Of a DNA stretch of 64,000 nt, positions 24,629 through 39,544 are shown piece by piece; position 1 is the stretch's first letter, and every line of letters begins with the position of its first letter. Origin of the DNA: Octopus sinensis (taxonomy: Eukaryota); NCBI RefSeq assembly GCF_006345805.1, contig NC_042999.1, forward strand, positions 143,778,001 to 143,842,000, written 5' to 3'. The notes beneath the pieces were generated by a model. That model ran no database searches and had not been told where the DNA came from. It saw only the letters and a program-made list of their open reading frames with translations. Position numbers and translations under genes: made by a program.

Positions 24629-25409
24629 AAAAAAACCTGTACATACATATACACATACATACATACATACATACATTCATACATACATACATAAGTTCTA
24701 ATCTTCTCTTTCCCCTTTTTTTCTTCCACGACTATTTTTCTTATTCTTTCTCCGCTACTTATTATTCTCTGAATTTCTTGTAACAACTAAATTGTATATT
24801 TGAAATACACACGAAGTATTATGTGCGTATATATATGTACATGGATACCTATATATACATTTGTATATATTATGTTTTGCCTGTATCTGTTTGTATATGT
24901 ATGTAGGCATGTACCGGCGCTTGTATGTTTAGTGTTTATAGATATATATTGTTTTTTTTGGTATATGTATGTATTACTAAACGTATATATATTTTCATTA
25001 TGTTAGTTATTTGTAAAAGGTTTTATTTCAAACAGACATATCTTTCTAATTTATTTTAATTTATTTTTTACCATTAACTGATTTACCCTGGGTAAAGAGG
25101 TTATTTCCTTTTACTAAAGCTAATCTTCTATTCAAGGTTTTCTTTGATTTTTATAGTAATATAATTTTAAATTGTAATTGTAATTTCGTGTAACCGGTTA
25201 TTGAAAAAACCGTTAGTTGAAAGGACCAATGAAACAAAACCATTTTCAGATGTGTATCTATCAACGTAATTGTATATTTATGCATATAACCATATTTTGT
25301 TCCATTCTCAACCAAAAGTGTCTGACGAACGGGAACATGAAACTTAGTGTCACTGTTTATATGATGTCTTTTCAGCTTTATTAACAAAGTATATATATAT
25401 ATATATATA

Positions 25410-25440
<31 letters not shown>

Positions 25441-25456
25441 AGTGTATGTGTGTGTG

Positions 25457-25814
25457 TAATTCTTTATCAAGAATAGTATTGATAGTGATTTCGAAGTTTC
25501 AGCCTGTCCAATGATGGCTTATCTTGCCGAAACCTAAGAATCTCTCTATCTATCTGTCTATGTATGTATGTATGTATGTATGTATGTATGTATGTATGTA
25601 TGTATGTATGTATGTGTGTGTGTAATTCTTTATCAAGAATAGTATTGATAGTGATTTCGAAGTTTCAGCCTGTCCAATGATGGCTTATCTTGCCGAAACC
25701 TAAGAATCTCTCTATCTATCTGTCTATGTATGTATGTATGTATGTATGTATGTATGTATGTATGTATGTATGTATGTATGTATGTATGTATGTATGTATG
25801 TATGTATGTATGTA

Positions 25815-25864
<50 letters not shown>

Positions 25865-25982
25865 TGTATGTGTGTGTGTAATTCTTTATCAAGAATAGTA
25901 TTGATAGTGATTTCGAAGTTTCAGCCTGTCCAATGATGGCTTATCTTGCCGAAACCTAAGAATCTCTCTATCTATCTGTCTA
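25457..25982. repeat. Three identical 104-bp cores separated by (TATG)n(TG)n of variable length
   Basis: Cores at 25457-25560, 25623-25726 and 25879-25982. Confidence 0.95.
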
Positions 25983-26600
25983 TGTATGTATGTATGTATG
26001 TATGTATGTATGTATGTATGTATGTATGTATGTATGTATGTATGTGTGTGTGTGTGTGTGTGTGTGTATGTATATATGTATGTATGCATCTATGTAGCTA
26101 TCTATCGTGTGTATATTTATGCTTGCATGTATACGAGCATGCACACACACAACCACACTACATGAACACACGTACATATATAATCCACTGCTCATCACAG
26201 AAACTTCAGTCTCTCTCTTTAATATACAGTTCTGGTTTCTTGCCAAGAGGATCACTAACTTTTTGGGATCCACCCATTTGCCAGCCCTCAAGCAAATGGC
26301 TCCGTTATTAGTACCTGTAGAGAAAAGTTTTTAATTAAGTCGGCTTTGGCTTCAGTTTAGAATACACACAATCAACATGACTCCTGCTAAATCTTCTCTT
26401 ACAAATTTGTTAGTCTCACTTAGTGTAGGAGCAAAGGAGAGAACTCTACTTGGTCACGTTACATACGAAAACTAACAGCTAAATCTCCCTTATATCACAC
26501 TCTGCTTTCTCTAAAAACGACACATTGAATAACGTAACTCAAGGCGAATTATGCCAAGAAAAAGCTGGGATCGTTATGAATAAAGGTAAACTTCTCGAGT

Positions 26601-26819
26601 CATGCTGACTCATAAGGGCTGGTTTCCCGATTTCCATGGCGTATATACTCCCCCACCTGGACAGGACGCCGGTCCGTCACAGTATTACTCATTTTTGTCA
26701 GCTGAGTGGACTGGAGCAACGTGAAATTGCTTTGCTCAACGCATCACCCGGCTGAAGAATCGAAACAACAATCTTACGATCATCCGTCCAACACCTTAAC
26801 CACTAAGCCACGCGCCTCC
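26601..26819 (-). mobile_element. tRNA-derived SINE with a Meta-like central domain
   Basis: Head GGAGGCGCGTGGCTTAGTGGTTAAGGTGTTGG. Body GACGGACCGGCGTCCTGTCCAGG...GGAAATCGGGAAAC resembles the MetaSINE domain (from memory). Confidence 0.75.
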
Positions 26820-27837
26820 GATCGTTATGAATGGAATGTCTTTGATCATAAGTCTGCTCGATCATAGCTGAACTGGGAGTTAAGTAGCAATTACATGCCA
26901 AATATGAAAGTTTCTTTGGTGGCTTCAAAGGAATAAGGTCACAACTTTGTCAGTGTCTCATCCGTTATAATTTGCATTCCTTAGGTAGCCGCAACTATTG
27001 CGAAACTCTTCAATACCAATGATCTAGCCAGAGTTTCGGGAAAGTGTCACAGTGTAATTTATCATAATTCTCGGAAATCTCTCGGATTCAGCTAACTACT
27101 ATCAATTCGCACTTACTTTTTACATCATAAAGACCTTGGAAACTATTGTTAACACTCACCCTCTTGAATATCTTTGAGTCTCTTCATCCTCATTGTAGGG
27201 CGTTTGCAGTGCCACTTCACCTAGTGACAGGTTCGTCTAAGTCAATCCTTCACCATTGGAATCTGGTAAAATTAATGACGTTGTGCTTGGCATCAGCAAT
27301 GCGTATCTGCCCGAAAATCTTCTGCCTAAGCTGTCCTGCAATCAACTTTCACCTGCTTTTTATCAGGTCATCCTGTGGGGAATTTTTCTGATTACCACTC
27401 TATTACCTTTTATACATGACAGCATCCATAAGCATTCTAGACATCTTAAGTCAAGCATGCACTGCTTCTTTTAACTGTAATCTTGACAATATTATGTTAA
27501 ACGTGTGTGTGTGTGTGTGTCTGCGTGTGCGTAACAAACAGGAAGTGGAAATTTTTTTGGTATTATTTATTCATCTTTTCAAAGTTCTACATGTTGGATC
27601 AACAAGTAAGAAATTTCCTATTAGAAATTCTTCAGACATAAATTTCTAATAGGAAATGTTCATCCAGCATGTACAACTTTGTGATTCCTATCAGCAAATA
27701 AAACATGTGTAATGGTGAATAAATAATGCCCCCAAATTTTCCAACTTTTTGCTACACACACACACGAACACACACACACAAACACATGCGTGCGCATGCA
27801 CACATACATACACACGCATATACACACACTATATATA

Positions 27838-27877
<40 letters not shown>

Positions 27878-28063
27878 GGTTGCTCCCTCATCTAAAGCGG
27901 TGCTGATTCTAAACATTATGGACCACATCAAAAACAAAGCCAATGAGAAAATACCAACGTTTGGTCTTAATTGGCACTGTCTCACATTCCATTCTGCTAG
28001 TTCTAATTTTAAAGAAGTTCTTTTATAGTTACTTCCGCGTGTTTTAATATATAATGTACTTCA

Positions 28064-28275
28064 AGGCAGCGAGCTGGCAGAATCGTTAGCACACTAAGCC
28101 AAATCTTAGCGGTATTTTGTCTGTCCTTACGTTCTGAGTTCAAATTCTGCCGAAGTCGACTTTGCCTTTTATCCCTTTCAGGGTTGATAAAATAAGAACC
28201 AGTTGCACATTGGGGTATTTGTAATGGCTTAACCCTCTCCTAGAATTTCTGACCTTGTACAAAAACTGGAATCCA
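28064..28275 (+). mobile_element. SINE with a Nin/Deu-like domain
   Basis: GGCAGCGAGCTGGCAGAATCGTTAGC...GTTCTGAGTTCAAATT...TTTGCCTTTTATCCCTTTCAGGGTTGATAAAATAAGAACCAG. Homologous copies lie at ~50.1, 51.6 and 62.5 kb. Confidence 0.8.
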
Positions 28276-29289
28276 ATATATATATATATTGTGCTTCTTG
28301 CAATGAATGTATGAGACATGTGCGTATGTTTGCTTTTAGCTTTGTTTAAATAAACTTTGTCATCTTGGATGAAATACGTTCCATCCTTAATAATCTTTTA
28401 GTGTATATAGGAAACTACACTACCCGATATGATCTTTTTTATAAGACAATAGGGTGTGATTTTTGGTTGCTAATTTTAGCGCCTGTCATCAGCTCATGAG
28501 CATGTGTATGTGTATCAGAATGTGCATGTATGTAGTGTTCTAATCCTGAGATATACTGGGCTCAGACGCGCACAATGCATACCAATATAATTTGGCCTAA
28601 CATTGGCAAATAGGGCATGGGCAAGTAAATTCTCATCTCCATTGGTTGTCTAATGTATGTTCCAGATATTACTCTACAAAGTAGTGTTTCGTAGTATCGA
28701 TTGCTTAAGTGTGTAACTTTTGTTGCTAATGCACCTGGTGTTACTATCTACACACGCGCGCGCACACACATACATAATACATACATACAAATCGTAATGC
28801 CCAGAAAGGTAAATGGTCTTGGACACCAACCGCCTATTACGACTTGTGCCATATGACAAAAAACTTGTAAGACAAAATCTGGATTTAAAAGACATATGCT
28901 AGTTCACAAAACATTCTTTCGGAATCAGATTCAAAATGGCAAAGATATGGAAGAAACTTGAATATCTGTCACTTGTGTTTAAACCCTGTCAGGGTTTAAA
29001 CTGACTGACAGGGTTTAAACCCTGTCAGTCTTAAAAGTAATCTAAGGGCTCATCAATGAAGTGATTGTGTTGTGTGCTGGGGTGTGGTGTGTGTGTTGAT
29101 GGGACGGCTATCATCTATGAAGATGAAGCAATCATCATATGTATGCCGATATATATACGTATGCATACACACATCCACGCGTGTGCTAGTGTATGTATAT
29201 ATGTATATGTGTGCGCAAGTGAATATGTCTGTACTTGGGTGTGGATGGGCCTATCTGCGTAAGTGTGGATGATGCTTGTATTTCGTATT

Positions 29290-29800
29290 TATCAACGACT
29301 TGTAAGAATATTCCTTCCTCGAATCCATAAGTCCCGATGAAATTGTAAAGGTGCCATCGTGACATGCGGTGTGTCATCGGAATCTAAACCAAGCAGAGCC
29401 CATCTCCAACAGTAGCGAATTACAGAAAGAAAGAGACGAGAAGAATCAGTTCCATTATTGTAATAATACTCCAGTAATTGGTTAACATGCAGTTTACTGT
29501 CGTATAACACTGAAAGTAAATTGTCCTAAAAACCGGAAGTACCGACAATAATTTACTAACAATTGATAAAAAGAACTTCGTCCCCAATTGCACACGCGAA
29601 ATACTTTGGCCCATAAGGCATCAGATATTGTTAGGACCACGTTTGATATCCAATGGGGGCTTTACATGTGTCTCTCCACAACATCTATACTCACGAATTT
29701 GACAACAATTTCCTCTATTATTTTTATCAAAACGATGACAATGTCCATACTCAATCTACAGAAAGATGATGGATTCTTGCCTAGAAGAAAGTTAGGCGAT
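29290..29800 (+). mobile_element. Possible very old Penelope RT remnant
   Basis: IFLPRIHKSR resembles the PLE LPKIHK motif; downstream similarity is weak. Confidence 0.3.
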
Positions 29801-32741
29801 TATGTGGGACTAGTGAAAATAAATTGTCCGTCATCACTTCTCGCCTTTACTTTCACTTTTTTACGACGTTAAATTGCATGTTAACCCAGTAATTGACCCC
29901 GAAGTGATGAAAGGCAAATCTGACTTTGGTGTGATTTGAGCTCAGAACACAGAGATAGAATTCAACAGTTCTCTATGACTCACTAATGACTTTGTAAGTT
30001 ACGGTAATCGAACACTACAGTAATCGAGAGTTTATGAAGTATTGTTGGGAACGTGTGAGGCAGCTGCTTATATAAACAATATCTTCGTGGAGTCCCTTGC
30101 GTATTTCTAGCTTTTGTTTTCATATTATTAGGATGTTCTATCTTGTAAAGATTTCTTTAATCTTAATTGTATTCACATGGGGAAAACAAGTTCTTCACAG
30201 GCAGACGTTAGCTTTAGTGTATTTCTTGTGTATAAATGTGTATGTTCTGTGTGTGAGAGAGTCTATGGGGGATATTTCAAGTCCTTAATGTTGTGTTTCT
30301 ATGGCTTGTGTTCGTACTTACGTGAGAATGTCTTGCAATTCTGTATGCGAATATAAAGAGCGGAATGTGTAAATTTTTGTGTTTGTAAACATTTCATGCA
30401 CTTCGATTAATGTGTATTGCTTCAGATTGGGTGTGTATACATATGTGCGCATACACTTCCGTATTAGTGTGATTGTATGCATGTGAAATTGTATATTTGT
30501 ATGCATGAGTGTAATTGTTATATATTAAGTTTTAAGTTTGTGTTTGCGTATGTTTCGATGTCTATTTATATTTATACGCGTGATAATGCGTTTCATGATG
30601 TTGAGTGTATATGTGTGCATGTGTGTTGTATATGCCTAAATGCGTTCTGTATCTATGTTTCTGTCACTTTATGTTTCTGTGTGTTTCGATATTTCTCAGC
30701 GTGATTAAATATCTAAGTATGTGTATGAATGTGTATGTGTGTGTGCCTGTGTGTGTCTGTATGTGTATGTATGGGTGTGTGTTTATATACGTGTGTAAAA
30801 GTGTGAATGGCTGGGAACCTCTACGTGCCTAACCGCATGTGGCCATATATTCATTTATAATATGTTCAATACGGGTATGTAAGAATATTTTAGTGTGGTT
30901 ACATGTAAGTGTACGTGCAAGATATTTTGCGAATGGATAAGTCATTTTGTACATATACATACATGAATTTCTATGTGTATTTTATGCAAACACGAATGTT
31001 TGTAAAGGCGTGCTTCTGCGTAACAAACAGATTCTGTGTATGTCCACGCCTGAGAATGAATGTTCGCATGCCTGTTTCTGTATTCTTCTGTCTCTTTCAC
31101 TCTTTCTTTGAGTGTGTGTATATGTGTGTGCGTGTGTATGTGTGAGTGTGAGTGTGTGTGTTTGTGTCCGTGCATGTGCGTAAGCGTGCGCGCGTATCTT
31201 GTTCTTCAGTGAGAAAACTCCATTAGCATGTTTTATGCTTTTGTAATCAGCTCAGGGATTGTTTTAAAGAAACACGAAAACATGATATTCAAAGCAGCTA
31301 GCTTTGCCGTTGTTTCATTTATAGGTGGAAACCAAATTATGATAAATTAGTTCTTAGATATCTTTAACGGCGTTCTTTTCTTTTCAATGTAATTCACACT
31401 GCTAGTTTTTTTTTAGTTTTTTCTCCGTTGTGTGATGCGCTCGCCATGCCTATCTGTAACTTATTAGGCATAGAGATAGATAGAAAAGAGATAAAGAGAA
31501 AGGGCGAGACCTAAGAATGATTACTGGAACAAGTTTTTAGTTTTTTTTTATTACAAATTTGTTTACTTTTATTGTTTATATCTTATCTAACGTCTGTTTG
31601 GAATCACTCATTCAAATTTTTTATGTGTAATTATTTCTTTAATGTTTGTCCCTTCTCTTAAATGAAGTTCTATGGTGTGTCGTCTGCTCTTTTCGATTTT
31701 TTTCTTACATTTAGATTTTTATTATTTATATATGTGTTTATTGTGATGTAATGGCGCCGGAGATATTAAAGCAAAATTAAATCTCATCAGCAAAACCTAG
31801 CAGACTGGACACGGAATTTATTCATATGTGCAAAGTGGTGCTCAAGCGGTAAGTTGTCAATCGCTAAAAACTCTTGATACACACACACACACACACACAC
31901 ATGCATAGATATATAGATACATACATACATACAACATATGCACACACATGCAAAGACACATACACGCATACATACACATACATACACACGCATAGGTGTA
32001 TGCGTGTGTGTGTATGTGTATGCTTGTGCGTATGCATGAATGTGTATATATACATGTACGATGTATGTATGCATATATGTATGTATGTATGTAAGTATGT
32101 ATATATACACGTTTGTATATCTGTATCTATGATGTGTGCGCGTGTGTATGTGTGTGTATGCTTGTGTGTATGCATATATCTCTATGTATACATGTATGTA
32201 TGTGCATGTGTGTGTGTGTGTGTTTGATGTATGCCTATTGCTTTCTTTCTTTTTCTCTATTTTTCATGAAAAATCTTTCATTCATTTAGCCATCTCACTC
32301 TCTGTAGCTTTTTTTCACCCGAATACCACACACGCAAAGACGATGGCACGCATACATGCAGATTATCAAGTATACGAACACTTACACCCACAAAGATATC
32401 CAAACAGAGAGACACACTCAAACACAAAACATAATAAACATATACATACCACAAACATACTTACACACATACACAACATACAGATATACAGATGAACCAG
32501 CTCACAAACATACCCAGCAACACGTGAATACAGATTCACACATATAAATGCATATGCATACACAGCACACAGTACACACACACAACCACACACACACACA
32601 CACAACCACACACACACACACACACACACATACGCGCGCGCTCACTAGATATAGTAAACATATACAGGAAACGCGCACGCACGCGCACGCACTCGTACGC
32701 ACTATAAATTTGTATCTACATTTTCTTGCACATATACACGC

Positions 32742-32791
<50 letters not shown>

Positions 32792-32851
32792 CAACCACAT
32801 ACAAACACATACACATACTCACATACACACGCACGCACGCACACACATTTG

Positions 32852-32888
<37 letters not shown>

Positions 32889-33628
32889 TGACATTCACAT
32901 GCAGACACACAACCAGACAATATCTGCAGACTCACTGCTACTGACGGATTGCTTTACTCGGAGACAGTTTGAAAGAAACCGAAAACAAAACAGAAAACCA
33001 AAACATCATCACCGCCATCATCATCATCACCAACAACAACAACAACAGAAGCAACAATGCTAATAGTAAAAACAATAACTATAACAATAATAAATATATA
33101 AATAATTGATTGAAAGTAAAAAATGATAATAGCAATAGTAAGAACAATAATAACAATAATATTGTAAATAGTAATCCAACAAAAAAAAAAAGACAGCAGA
33201 CGAAAGTTAAAAATACCCAACAGAATACTAGTTTCGATAAAATGATGTTAATGATGATTCTTCATTAGTAACGAACTAACCCGAACTGGCGAACTGGTCG
33301 TTCAATGAATACACATACGCGCACGCGCACACATACATATACACACCGACACACACTGGCGCACAGACACACTCACGCACGCTCATGCAAACACACGGAG
33401 ACAGACACACGCACACACGCACACACGCACAAACACAGACACACACACACACATACACACACACATATTTATGCATAAAATAAGCTCATGCTACACTCTA
33501 ATCTTTCTGTCTGTGTCACACTATCATAGACACACATCATCGCAGCTAGATGCACTGATACACGTGAGTAAAGACGTTTCACTTTCTTCTCTCTTTTTCT
33601 TCCTCTATGTCCTCTCTCTTTCTTTTTC

Positions 33629-33667
<39 letters not shown>

Positions 33668-33800
33668 ATCTCTATCTCTCTCTCTCTTTCTTTCGCTCCC
33701 TCTTTCTTCTCTTTCAGAAATGATGATATAACTTTCGTGGTCCTTATACATACACATATATGTACGTACAGACACTAACTTATCCATCAGTACAAAGAAC

Positions 33801-33861
<61 letters not shown>

Positions 33862-34056
33862 TACATACATACATATGTATGCATGTATGTATGTATGTAC
33901 GTATGTATGAATGTATGTATGCATATATGCATTTATGTACGTATGTCATATTAGACACATATGTGATCGTACACACAAACATGCATGCTTTGATGCACAT
34001 AAACGCATGATTATTGAGACTTGTGTATTTATAATGCGCTTGCTCTCTTGATGCGA

Positions 34057-34105
<49 letters not shown>

Positions 34106-36080
34106 TGTGTGTGTGTATGTGTTAGCTTGTACATGTGTGAGTACGTGTGTATGTATATGTGCCTTTGTGCCTGTGTGTATGTATACCTATGAAAAGATTT
34201 GTATACTTTCAATAAGCTAAGTAAAACCCATACTTATTTGCACTTATCTTCTTATGCAAACATTTCTTTTTTTTCCTAAATACGCATTGATGCTTGCTTA
34301 TACATAAAAATGCATTCACACATACACGCACTCATACATGCACGTGCCCGAGCGTGAATACACACATAAACAAACAAACAAAACAACAATATTTAAATAT
34401 GCGTGAGAGTGTATATAGTGGATATTCTGATTTATGTAGCTGTATATTTTCAACGTTATTGTTACCATTAATTCATAATTACATAGCAATAGAGAAATAG
34501 CAAGAACTATGTTTGATATTGTTATTGTCATAATGATGATGAGATAATAGGAGAGAAGGGGAACGAAGAATAAAATGAGACGATGATGATGCTATTGTTG
34601 CTGATGATGATATTGATGACATTGATGATGATGATGATGATGAGGGTGGAGGAGGAGGAGTAACAGCAGAAGCAGGAGCAGGAGGAGCAGGACGAAGGTT
34701 TATTGATTTATCACAGCATATAGTGTAATGCTATGTTTCTGCCAAATGAAGAAATTATTTTGCTGTTATTCTTATTCTTGTATTTAGTTATTGCTACTGC
34801 TTTTGTTGTCTACGTTCTTCTCCGCCTTAGACTTGCTTTTTGATGCTGTGTTCTTCTTCACCGTCTTAGTATTATTATCTTTTATAATTGGAATATGAGA
34901 CATCATAGATTGCCGAGCTCACATAGTTCAGGTTAAATACCAGCCCCTAACTGGGTAGCTAAATCACCTGCAACTCTTCCCTCTAAATTGATTACCTTTT
35001 AACAGAAATTTCTCGGAGCTGAAATCTCAACCGTATCTACTATGACTTTTATTCCAGTTATTCATGTTGATGTTGTTTAGTTCTAGATCAACTCTGATGG
35101 AGCATAACTAAGATCAAAGGGGCTTTCAATAGAAATCATCGCGTCTTTTTCTATAATGAACTACACTGTCAAATGTATTTTCCTATAGTTAGGCCGGCAT
35201 CGTGTTTTGAAGGAGATTTAGATGAATACTTACTCTGCTCAATTAGACTTCTTAAATCTTCCATGTCCTGTCCCTCAAAATGTGTGGCATTGTATCAAAG
35301 TTAGAAAGCATATTTGTTATCACGATGTGTCCTCTATCAGTTTCAGCGATGAGCATTCAGCTGTCGATAAGAGTAACTCTCTGTCTGAATTTGAAAGGTG
35401 GAATATGTGACAAGGCTACATTTCTAAATTACTGCTACACTCCATTTCACGGGCTTCGACGCAGTTTCGGCCTACATAACTTCACTCACAAGGCAAAGGT
35501 AGAGACACTCAGTATACTATACAGTGGAATCGAACCATTATGATTGCGAAGTGAACCTAACTATTAAACTATGCATGTGTTCACATTTATTTATTGTTAT
35601 TTGGACTGGCATGGGCAGTAGAGTGTCGGGCCGGATGTCCTAAGTATTTAGCAATGCCTAACGATCTGTCTCGAAATACTTAGCAGTATTGGACTGATAA
35701 GAGAATCGTTAAAGTTTCAGACAAAAAAACTTGCGGTATTTAGCAATGACTCATCACGCCCTGAGATCGAATCTTTCAGAAGTCAACTTTACTTAATAAG
35801 ATAAAGTACCAATCAAGTATTGGATAATTCAATATTATCATTAGGCATCCTTGGTTTGAATATAGTTTTCATGGAACGGAGTTGACAGTGGCTAACGCCG
35901 TTCAGGGATCGATAAAATGAGTAGCAGTAGTAGTGGGTTTGCGTTAATTGACTATACTAATTCCCTAACAGCTACAGACTTGTGTCTGGCAAAAACGGTT
36001 CGAACGAATAGACATATAGATTGGTCGATGATTCGGGCCTTCAGTGGCCAGGATCATTTAGAATTTTCATGTTGAGTAGC

Positions 36081-36159
<79 letters not shown>

Positions 36160-36207
36160 ATTATTTTTATTTTTTTTATATTTTTATTTTTATTTTTATT
36201 ATTATGT

Positions 36208-36300
36208 GACAGTGGGGTAAAATATACGACTACACGTCTGATAAGAGTACACCGGGCACACGCATCACAATTATATGTGCGTGCCATGGGGATCTCATCA
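36208..36300 (-). mobile_element. Truncated, diverged copy of the 557-bp element
   Basis: GTGACAGTGGGGTAAAATATACGA...GTCTGATAAGAGTACAC...GCATCACAA matches the start (on +) of the units at 36840 onward. Confidence 0.8.
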
Positions 36301-36340
36301 ATGCACTTATTATTATTATTGTTGTTATTATTATTATTAT

Positions 36341-36802
36341 TCTATGTTTGAGTTTTGCTTTATATTTGTACAAGTTGGCTCCAAGTCTCACCCAGAGACC
36401 TCAAGAGACAACAGGTTGGAAGTTCATGTCGTTGTTATGCCTAGTGTGCCATATATTTGGGGGGGGGAGTTTTTGGTGTTGTACTAATGAATGTCTACAA
36501 AAAAACCCGAAAATTATGTATGTTTTAAACCTTGAAATTACATAGAAAGTATTTTGCGTAGGATATGAGCAGTTCCCATGAGCACTATCTTTTGAATTTC
36601 TGCCATTTTTGGGTTTCCTGGTATCTGATTTAGGTAGCTATCAGCCCCTTTTGCTATCATTCCCAGGGCACCTATGACAACAGGTATTGTTTTAGTCTTC
36701 AGCTTCCACATTTTGCTGATTTCTATTTCAAGATCTTTATATTTGCTCAGCTTTTGGTAGGTCTTGACAGATACGTTTATATCGATTGGGACAGTCATAT
36801 CA

Positions 36803-36803
<1 letters not shown>
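36341..36803 (-). mobile_element. R4/Dong-like LINE, 5'-truncated 3' end (RLE domain plus UTR)
   Basis: ORF 36538..36798 reads KLSKYKDLEIEISKMWKLKTKTIPVVIGALG...AHILRKILSM. It is followed by a UTR and (AAT)n on the - strand. Confidence 0.88.
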
Positions 36804-36839
<36 letters not shown>

Positions 36840-37393
36840 GAGTGAGCGAGCAGAGCATGCCATCAAAGTGACACTGGGGTAAAATATACGAAGCCCAGTA
36901 TACCCATCATGACTACCCGTCTGATAAGGGTACACTAGGCACATGCATCACAACCATATGTGCGCGACATGGTGATCTCATATCAAGATAAACAGCACAT
37001 GACCTTGCAGGTAGAGCCCAGTTAGAATTTTCTTCAGATCGAGTAACCCATCCCGCTCAAAAGGTCCCTGAATAAGGGTTGTTTAAGGACGTTGAACGAA
37101 ACACCCATGTTTCCAGAGGTGAATTGATCAATCCCCAAAGAATCCTTCTCAACACATGGCTATGATGCTCCCCCACTACTTCTGCTCGTGATCAGAGATG
37201 CACATATCGTCAGCCACTAAGGGACATGCTCAACTGGTTAAGGTTAAACAACTGACAAGCAAATCTGTGGTATTGAGCAGAATATTTGCTGTAGCCCATC
37301 TTTTATACCAAGACAAAACAATGTACATGATAACACTTCCAATCAGTTAAGATCAGAAGCCATGAGAGCCACTGCCTGGTACTGCATCAGGGC

Positions 37394-37434
<41 letters not shown>

Positions 37435-37570
37435 TATTATTATTATTATTATTATTAGTAGTAGTAGTAGTATTAATTATTATTATTATTATTATTATCA
37501 TTATTATTATTAATATTATTATTATTATCATTATTATTATTATTATTATATTATTATTATTATTATTATA

Positions 37571-37601
<31 letters not shown>

Positions 37602-38160
37602 AATTATTGAGTGAGAGAGCAGTGCATACCATCAAAGTGACACTGGGGTAAAATATACGAAGCCCAGGATACCCTTTATGACCACCTGTCTGATATGGGT
37701 ACACTAGGCACATGCATCACAACCATGTGTGCACGACATGGTGATCTCATATCAAGATAAACAGTGCATGACCTTGCAGGCGGGGCCCAGTTAGAATTTT
37801 CTTCTGGTCGAGTAACCCATCCCGCTTAAAAGGTCCCTGAATAAGGGTTGTTTAAGGATGTTGAACGAAACACCCATGTTTCCAGAGGTGAATTATTCAA
37901 ACCCCAAAGAATCCTTCTCAACACATGGCTATGATGCTCCCCACTATTTCTGCTCATGATCAGAGATGCATATATCGTCAGCCACTAAGGGACATGCTCA
38001 ACTGGTTATGGTCAAACATGTGACAAGCAAATCTGTGTTATTGAGCAGAATATTTGCTGTAGCCCATATTTTATACCAAGACAAAACAATGTACATGATA
38101 ACACTTCCAATCAGTTAAGATCAGAAGCCACAAGAGCCCTGCCAGGTACTGCATCAGGGC

Positions 38161-38194
<34 letters not shown>

Positions 38195-38774
38195 TTATTA
38201 TTATTATTATTATTATTATTGAGTGAGCGAGCAGAGCATGCCATCAAAGTGACACTGGGGTAAAATATACGAAGCCCAGTATACCCATCATGACTACCCG
38301 TCTGATAAGGGTACACTAGGCACATGCATCACAACCATATGTGCGCGACATGGTGATCTCATATCAAGATAAACAGCACATGACCTTGCAGGTAGAGCCC
38401 AGTTAGAATTTTCTTCAGATCGAGTAACCCATCCCGCTCAAAAGGTCCCTGAATAAGGGTTGTTTAAGGACGTAGAACGAAACACCCATGTTTCCAGAGG
38501 TGAATTGTTCAAACCCCAAAGAATCCTTCTCAACACATGGCTATGATGCTCCCCCACTACTTCTGCTCGTGATCAGAGATGCACATATCGTCAGCCACTA
38601 AGGGACATGCTCAACTGGTTAAGGTTAAACAACTGACAAGCAAATCTGTGGTATTGAGCAGAATATTTGCTGTAGCCCATCTTTTATACCAAGACAAAAC
38701 AATGTACATGATAACACTTCCAATCAGTTAAGATCAGAAGCCATGAGAGCCACTGCCTGGTACTGCATCAGGGC

Positions 38775-38814
<40 letters not shown>

Positions 38815-38913
38815 ATTATTTATTATTATTATTATTATTAGTAGTAGTAGTAGTATTAATTATTATTATTATTATTATTATTATCATTATTATTATTAAT
38901 ATTATTATTATTA

Positions 38914-38985
<72 letters not shown>

Positions 38986-39544
38986 AATTATTGAGTGAGA
39001 GAGCAGTGCATACCATCAAAGTGACACTGGGGTAAAATATACGAAGTCCAGGATACCCTTTATGACCACCTGTCTGATATGGGTACACTAGGCACATGCA
39101 TCACAACCATGTGTGCGCGACATGGTGATCTCATATCAAGATAAACAGTGCATGACCTTGCAGGCGGGGCCCAGTTAGAATTTTCTTCTGGTCGAGTAAC
39201 CCATCCCGCTTAAAAGGTCCCTGAATAAGGGTTGTTTAAGGATGTTGAACGAAACACCCATGTTTCCAGAGGTGAATTATTCAAACCCCAAAGAATCCTT
39301 CTCAACACATGGCTATGATGCTCCCCACTATTTCTGCTCATGATCAGAGATGCATATATCGTCAGCCACTAAGGGACATGCTCAACTGGTTATGGTCAAA
39401 CATGTGACAAGCAAATCTGTGTTATTGAGCAGAATATTTGCTGTAGCCCATATTTTATACCAAGACAAAACAATGTACATGATAACACTTCCAATCAGTT
39501 AAGATCAGAAGCCACAAGAGCCCTGCCAGGTACTGCATCAGGGC

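Noticed and set aside
25457-25982. CRISPR-like repeat/spacer appearance
   Set aside because: The repeats are 104 bp, the spacers are microsatellites, and there are no cas genes.
37065-37120. CTGAATA...GAAAC...GTT in the 557-bp element as a hammerhead
   Set aside because: G8 is missing and stem I does not pair.
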